DNA from: a virus
Taxonomy: Duplodnaviria > Caudoviricetes
DNA: 29,980 nt
Virus record (IMG/VR): IMGVR_UViG_3300032092_000168
Location: 1 to 29,980 of that record
Strand: one strand, 5' to 3'
Of this stretch, positions 8,426 to 17,734 are shown piece after piece (positions within the stretch are counted from its first letter, which is position 1; every line of letters begins with the position of its first letter). The position numbers and the translations under genes were made by a program. Below the pieces are notes generated by a model. That model worked only from the letters and a program-made list of their open reading frames with translations, was not told the DNA's origin and did no database searches.

Positions 8426-9787
8426 TTAAATCGTTTCGCCGTTTTCACGAATGAACTTTGTGTCGCTGCCCAATGTGTTAAACACTTTCATCCAAAATTT
8501 TTCAACTGGCTTAAATATCCAGCCATGCTTGTTTTGCCCATAATGCCACTTGCCATAAGAGACAAGAGGATCGGCAAAGGTCTTAGCCACCATAAATTTG
8601 AATAGTTTGGATTGGCGCATCAGTGGCACAAAGACCTCGGCCAGCTTGTAATAGCCACGCTTGTTGTGGTCGGTGATCTTCTCATCGCGGTATCTGCGAA
8701 CAACAGCATCCATAGTGCCGTCACCATAGCGAGCTTCAAGCATGATGAAGCAGCAACCTCCACCGCCTCCACCACCACCGCCGCCGCCTCCAGTGCCTGC
8801 GGCTGCTGATGCGGCTGCGCCTGCGGCTCCTGTACCCATGCCGCCTATACCTGATCCACCACCACCGCCGCCGCTGCTACCGCCACCACTTGAGCCACCG
8901 CCACCACCGCCAAGTCCACCCATGCCACTGCCTGTGGCGGCTGCTGTGGCGGCAACTCCTGCTGCGCCACTTCCCATGCCTGCCAAGCCACCGCCAGTAG
9001 TGCCGGCAGTAGTGCCAACATTACCGCCAACAGCATTACCAATTGCAAGGCCAGCCGTAGTAGTGGCATTAGCCACTTGACCAACAGTACCCTTGCTGGC
9101 AATGCCTTTCATGGGGCTGCCGCTGGTGGAGCTGACGCCGCCGCTTGAGGTAACGCCAGGCCCATCTATACCCATCACATTCATTAAAACTTTTATGGGT
9201 AATGGCATCAACAAGTTGACAAGATTTGGTACTGTCATGGCCTGCACTGAGGCTTGCTCGCCTGGCGTCATCTGAGCAAACGCCGCTTGTGCTGCTGATT
9301 GCTGTGCAGCAGCACTAGAACTACCACCGCCGCCAAGTCTTTGCTCTACAGCAGCATTAAACTTCATGATCGCTTGATTCTGCTCTGGCGTGATGTTGTA
9401 AATCTCAGGACGATAACCGCCAGTTGCATCAAGCAAACCTTGTGGTGCTTGCTGTGGTTGCTGCATCTGCGACATGATCTGCTGATAGCGACTATTCTGA
9501 CCTTGTGGTGCTTGCTGCATCTGCGACATGATCTGCTGATAGCGACTATTCTCACCATATGGGGAAGTTGGAATTGCCCCAAGATAAGGCTCCGATACTC
9601 CATATGGATCAGTTGGAATTGTTTTAGGATAAAGTAATCCAGATTCCATAGTTGGAACTCCAACAGGCGCAGACATAGTCGCGTTATTCACGCCAGCAGC
9701 TCTAGCAGCCGCAGGACTGCCATACACCCTTCCATCAGGTCCATACACAACAACCGCTGGAGATATATCTCCACCACCTTGACTCAT
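8426..9787 (-). CDS. Gly-rich virion-associated protein with a C-terminal CFI-box-CTERM-like domain
   Basis: Poly-Gly linker then CCFIMLEARYG...VVRRYRD...GYYKLAE...LV; AAGGAG RBS; ATGA coupling. Confidence 0.7.
   Translation of the reverse strand: MSQGGGDISPAVVVYGPDGRVYGSPAAARAAGVNNATMSAPVGVPTMESGLLYPKTIPTDPYGVSEPYLGAIPTSPYGENSRYQQIMSQMQQAPQGQNSRYQQIMSQMQQPQQAPQGLLDATGGYRPEIYNITPEQNQAIMKFNAAVEQRLGGGGSSSAAAQQSAAQAAFAQMTPGEQASVQAMTVPNLVNLLMPLPIKVLMNVMGIDGPGVTSSGGVSSTSGSPMKGIASKGTVGQVANATTTAGLAIGNAVGGNVGTTAGTTGGGLAGMGSGAAGVAATAAATGSGMGGLGGGGGGSSGGGSSGGGGGGSGIGGMGTGAAGAAASAAAGTGGGGGGGGGGGGCCFIMLEARYGDGTMDAVVRRYRDEKITDHNKRGYYKLAEVFVPLMRQSKLFKFMVAKTFADPLVSYGKWHYGQNKHGWIFKPVEKFWMKVFNTLGSDTKFIRENGETI
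9458..9552. repeat. perfect 41-bp direct repeat with a 54-bp period (in frame)
   Basis: ttgctgcatctgcgacatgatctgctgatagcgactattct at 9458-9498 and 9512-9552, encoding NSRYQQIMSQMQQ twice. Confidence 0.92.
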
Positions 9788-10155
9788 ATCAACTCCTTAG
9801 ACAAGATATGCCACTTTGGTGCATATCCCTCATCTGCCAAAAATGTCTTAGCCCAACCCTTACGGCCAGCTAAGGTAACTCGCGTGCAACCAATCTGCTT
9901 GCCCCAAGCCTCAATGAGTGGTCGCATCAGCCTGAGTTCATCTAGGTTGCCGCCGGCAAGAAAGAAGTGCAAATTCTTGAGTCGCGGGTAGACAATGATC
10001 TCAGTCACCACCACAGAGTCATCAGCAGGCCACAGTTGAAATCTACCTGTTTTGAGTCCCTCTGCAATGTCCTCAATTCCATGAGTTCCACCAGAGTATT
10101 CTAGTGCCGCCTCCACATGATGGCGCAGCCTCTGCAAATCCTCTTCGTCTGTCAA
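9784..10155 (-). CDS. GNAT-fold virion assembly protein (P22 gp14/T7 gp13-like position)
   Basis: LHFFLAGG...IEAWGKQIGCTRVTLAGRKGW; lies between the nozzle and ejection genes. Confidence 0.65.
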   Translation of the reverse strand: MTDEEDLQRLRHHVEAALEYSGGTHGIEDIAEGLKTGRFQLWPADDSVVVTEIIVYPRLKNLHFFLAGGNLDELRLMRPLIEAWGKQIGCTRVTLAGRKGWAKTFLADEGYAPKWHILSKELI

Positions 10156-11633
10156 CGCTTACCCATCGTCACAACATCAAATCGATTTACGCCAACGCGC
10201 CAATCTTCCAAAACTGCGCCTGTATATTTGACTTTTACCTGACGCCCAGCAAACCGCACATCGGTGGGCTGTGACGCTGGATATGGGCCGTGAGTCGTTT
10301 CTGTTGATGTCGGATACATCCTAGACTTAAAGCTGATCTGTACCTCGCCCAAAGTTTGCTCATCGGGGATCACCTGACGTACTGACACGATGTTCTCACC
10401 AACGCCAATCTCATAGGGTCCAGACTCAGCATAGACAGAGCCGCCATCGTAGGCATAGCCAACCTCATGCTCATAGATGTAGCCGTCAGACGAAACCATC
10501 AATGGCTGCAAATAGACACCTCGGTCTGTGCCTGCTGTGCGAGACAGTGAACCGATATTCCAATGCAATTCGCGGTAGTTGTAGATGACATAGGAGTCAA
10601 CTTCATTGCTGGCGCTGGATGGGTAGAACCACCACACTTCACCATACTTGCTATTGTGTACGGCGTACACCTTGCTGACTTGGTTGTAGTTCATGTTTTG
10701 AAATACATAGTCAGAGACATCGCAAGGCAAAGGCTTGACATAGCCGTCAAACATCCAAAAGCCTGATGTAGACATCCACATAGCGGCAGTGTCGATGGCC
10801 GCTACAGCCTGAGAGGATATCAATCCACAGCCTGATCCAGCCTTTTCAAATGAGTAGACATATGGCAAACCCACAAATGTGGCGGTGTGGACATCAACAT
10901 CAGTAAACAGCAAATTGATGCCGCGCACCTTTTTGCCTGCTTTCAATGAGCCAACTGTCTGCAACTCAAAGTCACCCGCCTGATTGGTGGCCGCTGCCGT
11001 CCATACAGTATCGTTCTCTTGATCGCACCACTTCACCAATCTAGGGTTACTGGACGCGCCCAAGGCAAAGATAAAACGCTCGGCGGTAGACATTAAAGCC
11101 TGACAACCTGTTGGCGCGTTGGTGATGGCCGCTGCCAGCGTTGGCGTTGAGAATCCCAACTGCCACTCGTAGAGCTTGCCATCAGAGTCAGAGCATCCAA
11201 TCAGATACTCGCCCCAAGTGTCTAGGCTCCAAGTCGTTGCTGGTGTCACTGTGCCGTTATCAGGACGCGCCACACCATAGGCAAAGTTGCCATAAGTGGA
11301 GTACCCATAGCCAGTCTTGGTTGCGGCATCAGCTATGCCTACTGTAAAACTTGTTGGCGTGATGTCCTTGAGCGTACCAGCCTCGTTCATGGCGTAGAGC
11401 TTGGAATGCGTACCGGCAGCGATCCATCGATCTCCACTGTTGTCGCGCCAAGTCAATAAAGCTCGGCATGATCCTGTCATTTGACTGCTGGAACGCTTGC
11501 GCCAACCTCCAATCGGCCTGAGAGTGTTCTCAAACCAGCGTACCAAGTTGGCGTCAAACCACCGCCCAGTCGACTGATACTCAGTGCCGTTGCGGTACAC
11601 GCCAGGTGGGATCTTTAAGGGTATGAGTGCCAT
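10152..11633 (-). CDS. tail nozzle / packaged-DNA stabilisation protein (P22 gp10-like)
   Basis: 493 aa, beta-rich with Trp/Tyr repeats (GEVWWFYPS, YVIYNY); size and synteny. Confidence 0.75.
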   Translation of the reverse strand: MALIPLKIPPGVYRNGTEYQSTGRWFDANLVRWFENTLRPIGGWRKRSSSQMTGSCRALLTWRDNSGDRWIAAGTHSKLYAMNEAGTLKDITPTSFTVGIADAATKTGYGYSTYGNFAYGVARPDNGTVTPATTWSLDTWGEYLIGCSDSDGKLYEWQLGFSTPTLAAAITNAPTGCQALMSTAERFIFALGASSNPRLVKWCDQENDTVWTAAATNQAGDFELQTVGSLKAGKKVRGINLLFTDVDVHTATFVGLPYVYSFEKAGSGCGLISSQAVAAIDTAAMWMSTSGFWMFDGYVKPLPCDVSDYVFQNMNYNQVSKVYAVHNSKYGEVWWFYPSSASNEVDSYVIYNYRELHWNIGSLSRTAGTDRGVYLQPLMVSSDGYIYEHEVGYAYDGGSVYAESGPYEIGVGENIVSVRQVIPDEQTLGEVQISFKSRMYPTSTETTHGPYPASQPTDVRFAGRQVKVKYTGAVLEDWRVGVNRFDVVTMGKR

Positions 11634-11640
11634 AGCTGAA

Positions 11641-12306
11641 TTATGCGGTTTCTACTGACAAATTGGACACAAAAGAAAGTGTGGCAATGACTGATGGCAC
11701 TGCGGGTCTTGTGGGCGAGCTGCTGGCGGCAAAATGCTCAATGCTGACGCTAGTGCTTGTTGGCCTCCACATGATCTCCACATAGTCATTGGCCGACAGA
11801 CTGACAAAAAAGTTCAGCGCGGCAATTAAGTGAGAGGGATCACCTGATGATTTTCTTTGTGATAGATGAAATCTGCTGTTTGATTTGTCAATGTTTGTGC
11901 CGTTCTTGCGAAACCATACATCCACATCTTGGCCGTCATTGGTGGTATTTTTGAATTGGATACTAAATTGCAAGTTGTACAAGCCAGCCTGAGATACATT
12001 GAGTCTTGACGAATTCGACAATGTCACGCCATTGCTGAAGTCGGTGGTGTCAAAGGTGATGGCATAGGCCGTTGTTGTATTGGCAGCCGTCTGATCTGTG
12101 CCGTCTTGAAACGCGCCATATGGGTTGTTGATGTACTTGCCGCCACGCGGTCCAAGGACCGCCGCAAAGATCGCCGTCAGCTTGGTGAAATAGACATTCA
12201 AGCCACCAAATGAAGTACCAAAGAATCCTTGGTCATAGGCAGGCGCAGGCGAGCCAAGGTTTGGCTGCGCTGGTGTCGTTATCTGCTGACCAAGATTGAG
12301 CGCCAT
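11641..12306 (-). CDS. virion structural protein with a C1q/BclA-like beta C-terminal domain
   Basis: YGAF...ITFDTTD...AGLYNLQFSIQF...WFRKNG...LSANDYVEI pattern. Confidence 0.6.
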   Translation of the reverse strand: MALNLGQQITTPAQPNLGSPAPAYDQGFFGTSFGGLNVYFTKLTAIFAAVLGPRGGKYINNPYGAFQDGTDQTAANTTTAYAITFDTTDFSNGVTLSNSSRLNVSQAGLYNLQFSIQFKNTTNDGQDVDVWFRKNGTNIDKSNSRFHLSQRKSSGDPSHLIAALNFFVSLSANDYVEIMWRPTSTSVSIEHFAASSSPTRPAVPSVIATLSFVSNLSVETA

Positions 12307-12644
12307 TAGACGTTTCTCTCAAAGTGTGGGCAGTCCACCAATGACTTAAAGTTACCGCCCCAGCGATTCTTTGGATGCAGACTTTCCCAAAACGCGCCAA
12401 GTGGTGCAATGGTTGACTTATCCCAAATGATCTTGCCGTCTTTGAAAAAATTCAGATCAATGGCGCAACGCTTTAAGTGGATGGAGTTCATAGTCTTGGA
12501 ACGCCCCGCCTTAAAGTGCAAAGCCTGTTGTTCGGGCGTTCTAGCCAACTCGCCACCAGTCACCACAAAGCCCTGCTCTGTGGCGTATTGAATCAACTTG
12601 CACATATCCAGTAGGAATGCAGCCTGTTCGGTGTTTAAGCTCAT
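12306..12644 (-). CDS. endolysin, M15-family L-Ala-D-Glu peptidase
   Basis: RTPEQQ, SIH-x6-D (SIHLKRCAID) and WGGNF...DCPHFE zinc-ligand motifs. Confidence 0.88.
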   Translation of the reverse strand: MSLNTEQAAFLLDMCKLIQYATEQGFVVTGGELARTPEQQALHFKAGRSKTMNSIHLKRCAIDLNFFKDGKIIWDKSTIAPLGAFWESLHPKNRWGGNFKSLVDCPHFERNV

Positions 12645-13150
12645 TTCTTCCTCATATCAGCAAGTTTTTCAATTGTTCTGCCGCCAAAGTATGCGCCCAT
12701 GATCAACATACCCCAGTTGCCCAACAGAGTGACGTAGGACTCGTTTGCGTTGTATCCATAGGCAGACATCATGGCAAACAAAAAGTAGCCTAAAAAGATG
12801 GCTATAAGAGACATAGGCCGAATGTTCTTGGATAACCAACTGTCGCTAGACATATCAGCCTGCCAGCGATCTGTGATGTTGTCTGCATCAGACTGAGCAG
12901 CCTTTGCCAACAGATCAAGCTCGGCCAGCTCTAGCTTTGCCTTTTCAATGCCAAGCGCCAATAAATTTTCTTCATGGTCAAACTGAAGCTGTCTAAGTTT
13001 GCTAACATCTTCAGGGGTAGGTGCGTCTGGAATCTTGACACCAAGCGTGTTCTCCACCACCTCTTTACCCTTGGCCTGTATTGCGCTGGAGAGTAAACCC
13101 AAGCCGTTTTGGGCTAATGTGCCAAGCAGTGACGCAACAATTGGGATCAT
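12641..13150 (-). CDS. holin (GTA-type holin of 3TMs-like)
   Basis: SDSWLSKNIRP, two hydrophobic helices and YFGGRTIEK; ATGA-coupled to the endolysin. Confidence 0.78.
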   Translation of the reverse strand: MIPIVASLLGTLAQNGLGLLSSAIQAKGKEVVENTLGVKIPDAPTPEDVSKLRQLQFDHEENLLALGIEKAKLELAELDLLAKAAQSDADNITDRWQADMSSDSWLSKNIRPMSLIAIFLGYFLFAMMSAYGYNANESYVTLLGNWGMLIMGAYFGGRTIEKLADMRKK

Positions 13151-13431
13151 TCCTTTTTCTCCACCTTATTTATCAATCGTTTAACTTGCTCTTGTTGCTG
13201 CTTTGTTTCTCTCTTCGTTTCAAGGATATCCAAGTACATGGCGCCAATGATGGGTAACAGCAGCGCAAAGACAACCACCATTGAGATGAATGCAATTATG
13301 AATCCCATCTCGCTACTTTCATTTGATGGATTGCTAGGAATAGGAGCTGGAGGTATATAAAAACGATCATCACTGCCGCCATTACCAACGCCCTGTCTTG
13401 TAGTTGGTTTAGCATTTTTCTTCGTTGCCAT
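13147..13431 (-). CDS. membrane protein in the lysis cluster (start uncertain: 13431 or 13308)
   Basis: TM segment FIIAFISMVVVFALLLPIIGAMYL plus a short coiled coil; ATGA coupling to the holin. Confidence 0.65.
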   Translation of the reverse strand: MATKKNAKPTTRQGVGNGGSDDRFYIPPAPIPSNPSNESSEMGFIIAFISMVVVFALLLPIIGAMYLDILETKRETKQQQEQVKRLINKVEKKE

Positions 13432-13835
13432 GCCACCACCCTGTCCTTTGCTTCCTGTTCTAGCCTTTCCTTTTCTTGCTCCTCATTGAGTCTTGCATAC
13501 TCTTCTTCAAACCTTGACCAAACCGCACCCAAGGCTGGGTCAACGTGATAAATCAGAAACTCTCTCAATTCAACTGCTTGGCGTTCAAGTTCAATTTGAT
13601 TGAACACGTTTTCGAGCGCCTGTGCCTTAAGAGATTTTGTTTTTGGAGGATTGCGCTTTTGCTCTTCTGCTTCTTTCTTTACTTCTTCATGCGCCTCAAA
13701 AAACTGACCTATGAAACCCGAAATCTCTTTTGTGATCTTCCCCAGCTCACCACCTGTTTGCTTTATGTCCTTATAAAGCGCAACGCCTTGCTTGATTGAC
13801 GCAATGGCAGCCAGTGCCAGGGTGAATGGGTCCAC
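13296..13835 (-). CDS. coiled-coil protein with a C-terminal TM segment
   Basis: GTG start 1 nt after the upstream stop; MDPFTLALAA...; TM ALVMAAVMIVFIYLQLLFLAI. Confidence 0.7.
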   Translation of the reverse strand: MDPFTLALAAIASIKQGVALYKDIKQTGGELGKITKEISGFIGQFFEAHEEVKKEAEEQKRNPPKTKSLKAQALENVFNQIELERQAVELREFLIYHVDPALGAVWSRFEEEYARLNEEQEKERLEQEAKDRVVAWQRRKMLNQLQDRALVMAAVMIVFIYLQLLFLAIHQMKVARWDS

Positions 13836-13836
13836 A

Positions 13837-14058
13837 TCACTTGTCTTGCTTGCTGTCTAGTTTGTCAAAGATCTGCTTCAGAATGGATTTGATGTCTGCA
13901 ATGTCAGATCGGTAGTCATCCTTTTGCACATAGCTGTGAGGTAGGTCGTTGACCTTGTCTTCCAGCTTTTGAATTGTGCGAGTCAAAGAATTGATGACAT
14001 AGACCGCCAAGAATCCAGCAATGCTGAATATGGCATTGAAGATTTGTTGGTTATCCAT
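13837..14058 (-). CDS. small membrane protein (N-terminal TM plus coiled coil), lysis-associated candidate
   Basis: IFNAIFSIAGFLAVYVI TM; YVQKDDY...IFDKLDSKQDK; TAATG coupling. Confidence 0.7.
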   Translation of the reverse strand: MDNQQIFNAIFSIAGFLAVYVINSLTRTIQKLEDKVNDLPHSYVQKDDYRSDIADIKSILKQIFDKLDSKQDK

Positions 14059-15128
14059 TATTTGCTTTCCAATGCGGTGATTCGTGCTGTCAGGGCTGTG
14101 ATGAGGGCTTGCTGTTCTTGAATGGCGGCAGTCAGTGTCGCAACCAAGAATGATGTGTCAATGCCTTGGTAGACAGGGCGTGTAGCCTCATTGCCATCTT
14201 CGTCTGTGTATGTTTCAACAGCATCTTTCTCGCCATTAACGCAGTCAGGAACAACCTCTTGCAGTTCGTGAGCAATAAATCCTTGACTGCTTGAGCCGTC
14301 TACATTCCACTTGTAAGTAACTGGCTTGAGCAGAGCAACTTTTGCCAATGCCCCTGTCATTGGTGCGATGGTGTTTTTTAGGCGGTAGTCGGAAGAGGTG
14401 TTGTAGGAGGTAGCAGTAGTGGTAACGCCAATTGTTCCAACACCAGAAGATGACCTTCTAAAAATTACAACTGTCCCGTCTGATGTATTCCTGTTGAAAT
14501 TAACTGCTTCTGCCCCAGAATTGCTTGCAGATATCCCCGATGCGTTTGCCTCAAAGCCTGATGAAGCTAATCCTGTTGCAGTTTTTCCCACCAGCAAGTT
14601 ACCGCTGGAGTCGATACGCATACGTTCTGTGCCATTTGTACCAAGTATCAAAGGGTTAGAAGTTGCGGCTTGCAAGACAGTAGCGTTTGTTCCAAATGCA
14701 CTTGTGTTTGTGCTACTGGTACAAAAGAATTCACCAATATTATTTCCGCTGTCATTTACTAAATCAAGAATTGTGTATGCACCTACAGAATTACTTGTAT
14801 TACGCAAATAATGTCTAGCAACTCCTGCTGTACTTTGAGAAACATCCAGCCTCCCTGCTGGCGAACTCGTACCAATCCCCACATTGCCGCTTGTGTTCCA
14901 AATCCCGCTTCCAGGGAAATTGGATGTCCCACTAACTGTCATCGTGCCAGCCACAGTCAATGTCTTACCCGATCCAATGTTCAAGCCAACTGATGTACCT
15001 GTACCAGCAGCCGCAAAGACAGCGTCCACGCCATCCAGGTCGGTATTGATCTTTGTACCCCATGTGTCTGTTGACGCGCCAACTTCGGGCTTTGTCAGTA
15101 ATAGGTTTGTGGTGGTTGTATCTGCCAT
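14058..15128 (-). CDS. tail fibre with a C-terminal S74 intramolecular chaperone
   Basis: [10 protein letters not shown] and [10 protein letters not shown] fibre motifs; SDYRLK autocleavage site; [12 protein letters not shown]; terminal coiled coil; AGGAG RBS supports ATG 15128. Confidence 0.88.
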   Translation of the reverse strand: MADTTTTNLLLTKPEVGASTDTWGTKINTDLDGVDAVFAAAGTGTSVGLNIGSGKTLTVAGTMTVSGTSNFPGSGIWNTSGNVGIGTSSPAGRLDVSQSTAGVARHYLRNTSNSVGAYTILDLVNDSGNNIGEFFCTSSTNTSAFGTNATVLQAATSNPLILGTNGTERMRIDSSGNLLVGKTATGLASSGFEANASGISASNSGAEAVNFNRNTSDGTVVIFRRSSSGVGTIGVTTTATSYNTSSDYRLKNTIAPMTGALAKVALLKPVTYKWNVDGSSSQGFIAHELQEVVPDCVNGEKDAVETYTDEDGNEATRPVYQGIDTSFLVATLTAAIQEQQALITALTARITALESK

Positions 15129-15139
15129 GCTGAAAACTC

Positions 15140-15784
15140 CTATGCGGCCTCTTGCCAAGTGATTGAATTGTCCGACAAATCAGTCCAACTTTCTGATGTG
15201 TCTGAAATTGGTGTCCAGCTCTCGGATGTGTCTGGTACAGCTCCCCATCCATATCCAATGATGATGCCAACAGCGCCAATAGACTGAACCCCAATTATCC
15301 CTATGGATATGACATTTGATACGCTGCCAACAGCGCCGGTTGCACCATTTCCTGTAATTGCTTGGAAAGTGATGACCTCTGATGGCATCGTTTGCACAGC
15401 ACCAGTAGACGCATTGCCAGTGATGGCCGCTGCGCTTGTCAGGCCAACAGTGCCAACAGCACCAGTTAACGCATTGCCTGATAGATCAATTGCAGCAGAC
15501 TGAGTAACGCTACCAACTGATAAGGTTGACGCATTACCTGTAAGCGCCTTGCTTGATGCCGCTAAGACCGATCCAACAGCACAGGTTGACGCATTGCCTG
15601 TGATGGCAATGGAGATCGTGAATCCAACTGTGCCTACATTGCCGGTGGCAATAGTCCCATCTTCTTGGATTGATCTGTCGGCCAGCAGCGTACCAACAGC
15701 ACCAGTAGACGCATTGCCGCTGATAACGACATTTCCTATGCCATAGACACCAAGGCCGTAATAGCCAGAACCATAAGCAGCCAT
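15140..15784 (-). CDS. repetitive fibre/structural protein
   Basis: About six [11 protein letters not shown]-like repeats at ~26-aa spacing; C-terminal SESWT repeats. Confidence 0.7.
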   Translation of the reverse strand: MAAYGSGYYGLGVYGIGNVVISGNASTGAVGTLLADRSIQEDGTIATGNVGTVGFTISIAITGNASTCAVGSVLAASSKALTGNASTLSVGSVTQSAAIDLSGNALTGAVGTVGLTSAAAITGNASTGAVQTMPSEVITFQAITGNGATGAVGSVSNVISIGIIGVQSIGAVGIIIGYGWGAVPDTSESWTPISDTSESWTDLSDNSITWQEAA

Positions 15785-15797
15785 ACCGCTGCCCTAG

Positions 15798-16253
15798 TTA
15801 AGCCAGCCTGATCAGGCCAGTGCTTGCATCATTGGTCGGCATGGTCAGCGTGAACGTGCCGGCAGTCACTGTCTGACTGCCAAATGTGTGGACGCTGACT
15901 GCCTTGTTTGACTGAGTCGAGTTATAGATCAAGACCGCGTCAAAGGCTGTAGAAAGAGTGACAGCAGAGTAGCTGATGCTGGCGCTGGGAGTCACAAAGG
16001 CTGTAGTGCCACTGGTGCTTGGAGGTGTGCCAAATGTCACTGTAACGCCGCCTGCGGTGTAGCCTGTGCCTGTCACCTCACCTGTGGAGCTGTAGGCTGT
16101 GGTGGACGCGTTGACAGTGGCAGAGGCCAAGTACAGAGCAGCCTTAAAAGTGTCTGCTGTGGTGGCAGCGCGTACTACGCCAGTGCCAAAGTTATGGTGG
16201 CCGACAAGCAGCTCGCCCTTGAAACTGGTACACATTGCTTGCGTATTGGCCAT
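15798..16253 (-). CDS. Thr/Ser-rich virion structural protein
   Basis: TSFKGELL...FKAALY...GYTAGG...LIYN...GTFTL; AAGGA RBS. Confidence 0.7.
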   Translation of the reverse strand: MANTQAMCTSFKGELLVGHHNFGTGVVRAATTADTFKAALYLASATVNASTTAYSSTGEVTGTGYTAGGVTVTFGTPPSTSGTTAFVTPSASISYSAVTLSTAFDAVLIYNSTQSNKAVSVHTFGSQTVTAGTFTLTMPTNDASTGLIRLA

Positions 16254-16263
16254 GATTTATTCC

Positions 16264-16452
16264 TTAGATTTGTTGACTGATTCCATCGGCAAAGACACTT
16301 CTCTTTAGCGCCATGTGGACAGATCGATGCACCAACTCACCATCAAGCCAATACTCTACCCAGCTCGTTGTCTCGGTATCGTTTTCCAATGAACCCTCAC
16401 GCTTCTCAAGCAATGAGTCATCCATCTCGCCCTTGGTGGTGTTGACTATCAT
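16264..16452 (-). CDS. hypothetical protein (62 aa)
   Basis: ATGA-coupled to the adaptor; fills the gap in the operon. Confidence 0.65.
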   Translation of the reverse strand: MIVNTTKGEMDDSLLEKREGSLENDTETTSWVEYWLDGELVHRSVHMALKRSVFADGISQQI

Positions 16453-17078
16453 CCAAATGTCCTTGCTCTTGCCATAATCGCGCCGCCGGATGTAGAACCA
16501 CGATCATCTGCAATCTGCAATTGATCCAGTCCTGCCTGATACAGCGATGACCATACAGTGATTCTCGCATCGTCTTGCAAGTATGGCGCAGCCTGTAAAA
16601 GCGATCCATACAAATACACATCAGGCGCTTGAGTCAGCAGCCAGTTGGTGGTGTTTGTATTTGATAACTTAGCCAACTTTGCGTAATAGACCAGCTCGGC
16701 GGTGTATGCACCATCAGGAATTGGTAGCAGTCGGATTTGACCGCCAACAATGCTGAAATACAAAGGCTTGCCGCTGGACAAGTAAGTCGTATTCGACAGC
16801 GCATCCATTGCATCAATGGTTTGGAATGTGAGATTGGTGACTGGATTGGTATTGATCTTGATGGCTTTGACTTCCAAGAAGTCATCAGGCACTGTGCCGT
16901 ACTCAGCAGCCGCCGCAAATGTTGCATTGGCACGCACAATCATTTGGCGTGTACGCAACTGGCGTTCAATCTGAGCCTCTGCCAAGCTGACAAAGTCTGA
17001 AATGGCAGTCGTCAAATCAGTGCGGTTGAGCCAGTCGCCAACCGAGGTCTTCAGCTCCGCATAAGTCGTGAGTGCCAT
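16449..17078 (-). CDS. head-tail adaptor protein
   Basis: TYAELKTSVGDWLNRTDL...PDDFLE...PDVYLYGSL; position after the capsid gene. Confidence 0.78.
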   Translation of the reverse strand: MALTTYAELKTSVGDWLNRTDLTTAISDFVSLAEAQIERQLRTRQMIVRANATFAAAAEYGTVPDDFLEVKAIKINTNPVTNLTFQTIDAMDALSNTTYLSSGKPLYFSIVGGQIRLLPIPDGAYTAELVYYAKLAKLSNTNTTNWLLTQAPDVYLYGSLLQAAPYLQDDARITVWSSLYQAGLDQLQIADDRGSTSGGAIMARARTFG

Positions 17079-17734
17079 CAGGTAACCTTTTCAGTTTCTT
17101 GGACTTCACGCATCACCCAAGTATGGTCATGCTTGAATTCAAACATCCCAATGTGGCCTATTTCCTTGCTCACATCGTGATCAATCCATATCTTAAAGCC
17201 TGCATCTCTGGCTTTCTTACAGAAGAAAACATCCTCGCCAATGTAGCCACGTTTGTCATGCCGCCATGGAGTCTCGAACCAAGGCTCTGACAAAGCCGCA
17301 AAGACATTGGCCTTGATCAGCATCACGCCCATGCCAACCGATCCAACTTCTTGCAGGCCAGTTGATTCGGGCATCGTATATACCAGCTCACGCTCGCCAT
17401 TCTCTTTGTAAATCTGTGCGGTTGGTCCTGTAGGCATACGTCTGCGAGCGCAGTTTGTCGCCACAATGTCCAAGTCATGTTGCAGCAAACGCTCAATCAT
17501 GTCGTGTGGAAACCGCATATCTGAATCAATGAAAAGCACATGAGTGCATTTTTCACGCATCGCATCTAGGCACAATTCAGCTCGCTGATTGGCGATAAGC
17601 GTCCCCTGCGATATTTTCAAGCTGATGGCATCATTGGTGTTCAATGTGTGGTTAGCCACCATGTTGACAAGATCATAGGTAAACATGGTGTGAACCATGT
17701 CACGCGCTGGTGTGCATACTGCGATGTATTTCAT
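17078..17734 (-). CDS. GT-A fold (GT2-like) glycosyltransferase
   Basis: VLFIDSDM (DxD), VGMGVMLI, GEDVFFC and GH motifs. Confidence 0.8.
   Translation of the reverse strand: MKYIAVCTPARDMVHTMFTYDLVNMVANHTLNTNDAISLKISQGTLIANQRAELCLDAMREKCTHVLFIDSDMRFPHDMIERLLQHDLDIVATNCARRRMPTGPTAQIYKENGERELVYTMPESTGLQEVGSVGMGVMLIKANVFAALSEPWFETPWRHDKRGYIGEDVFFCKKARDAGFKIWIDHDVSKEIGHIGMFEFKHDHTWVMREVQETEKVT

Noticed and set aside
8742-9080. Poly-proline ORF on the + strand
   Set aside because: Antisense shadow of the poly-Gly codons of 8426-9787; no RBS
9458-9552. Possible mini-CRISPR array
   Set aside because: Only two copies, 13-bp spacer, in frame within a CDS, no cas genes
15396-15718. 23-bp direct repeat acagcaccagtagacgcattgcc as a DGR template/variable pair
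   Set aside because: Explained by GNASTGAV protein repeats; no reverse transcriptase in the window and no adenine-specific differences
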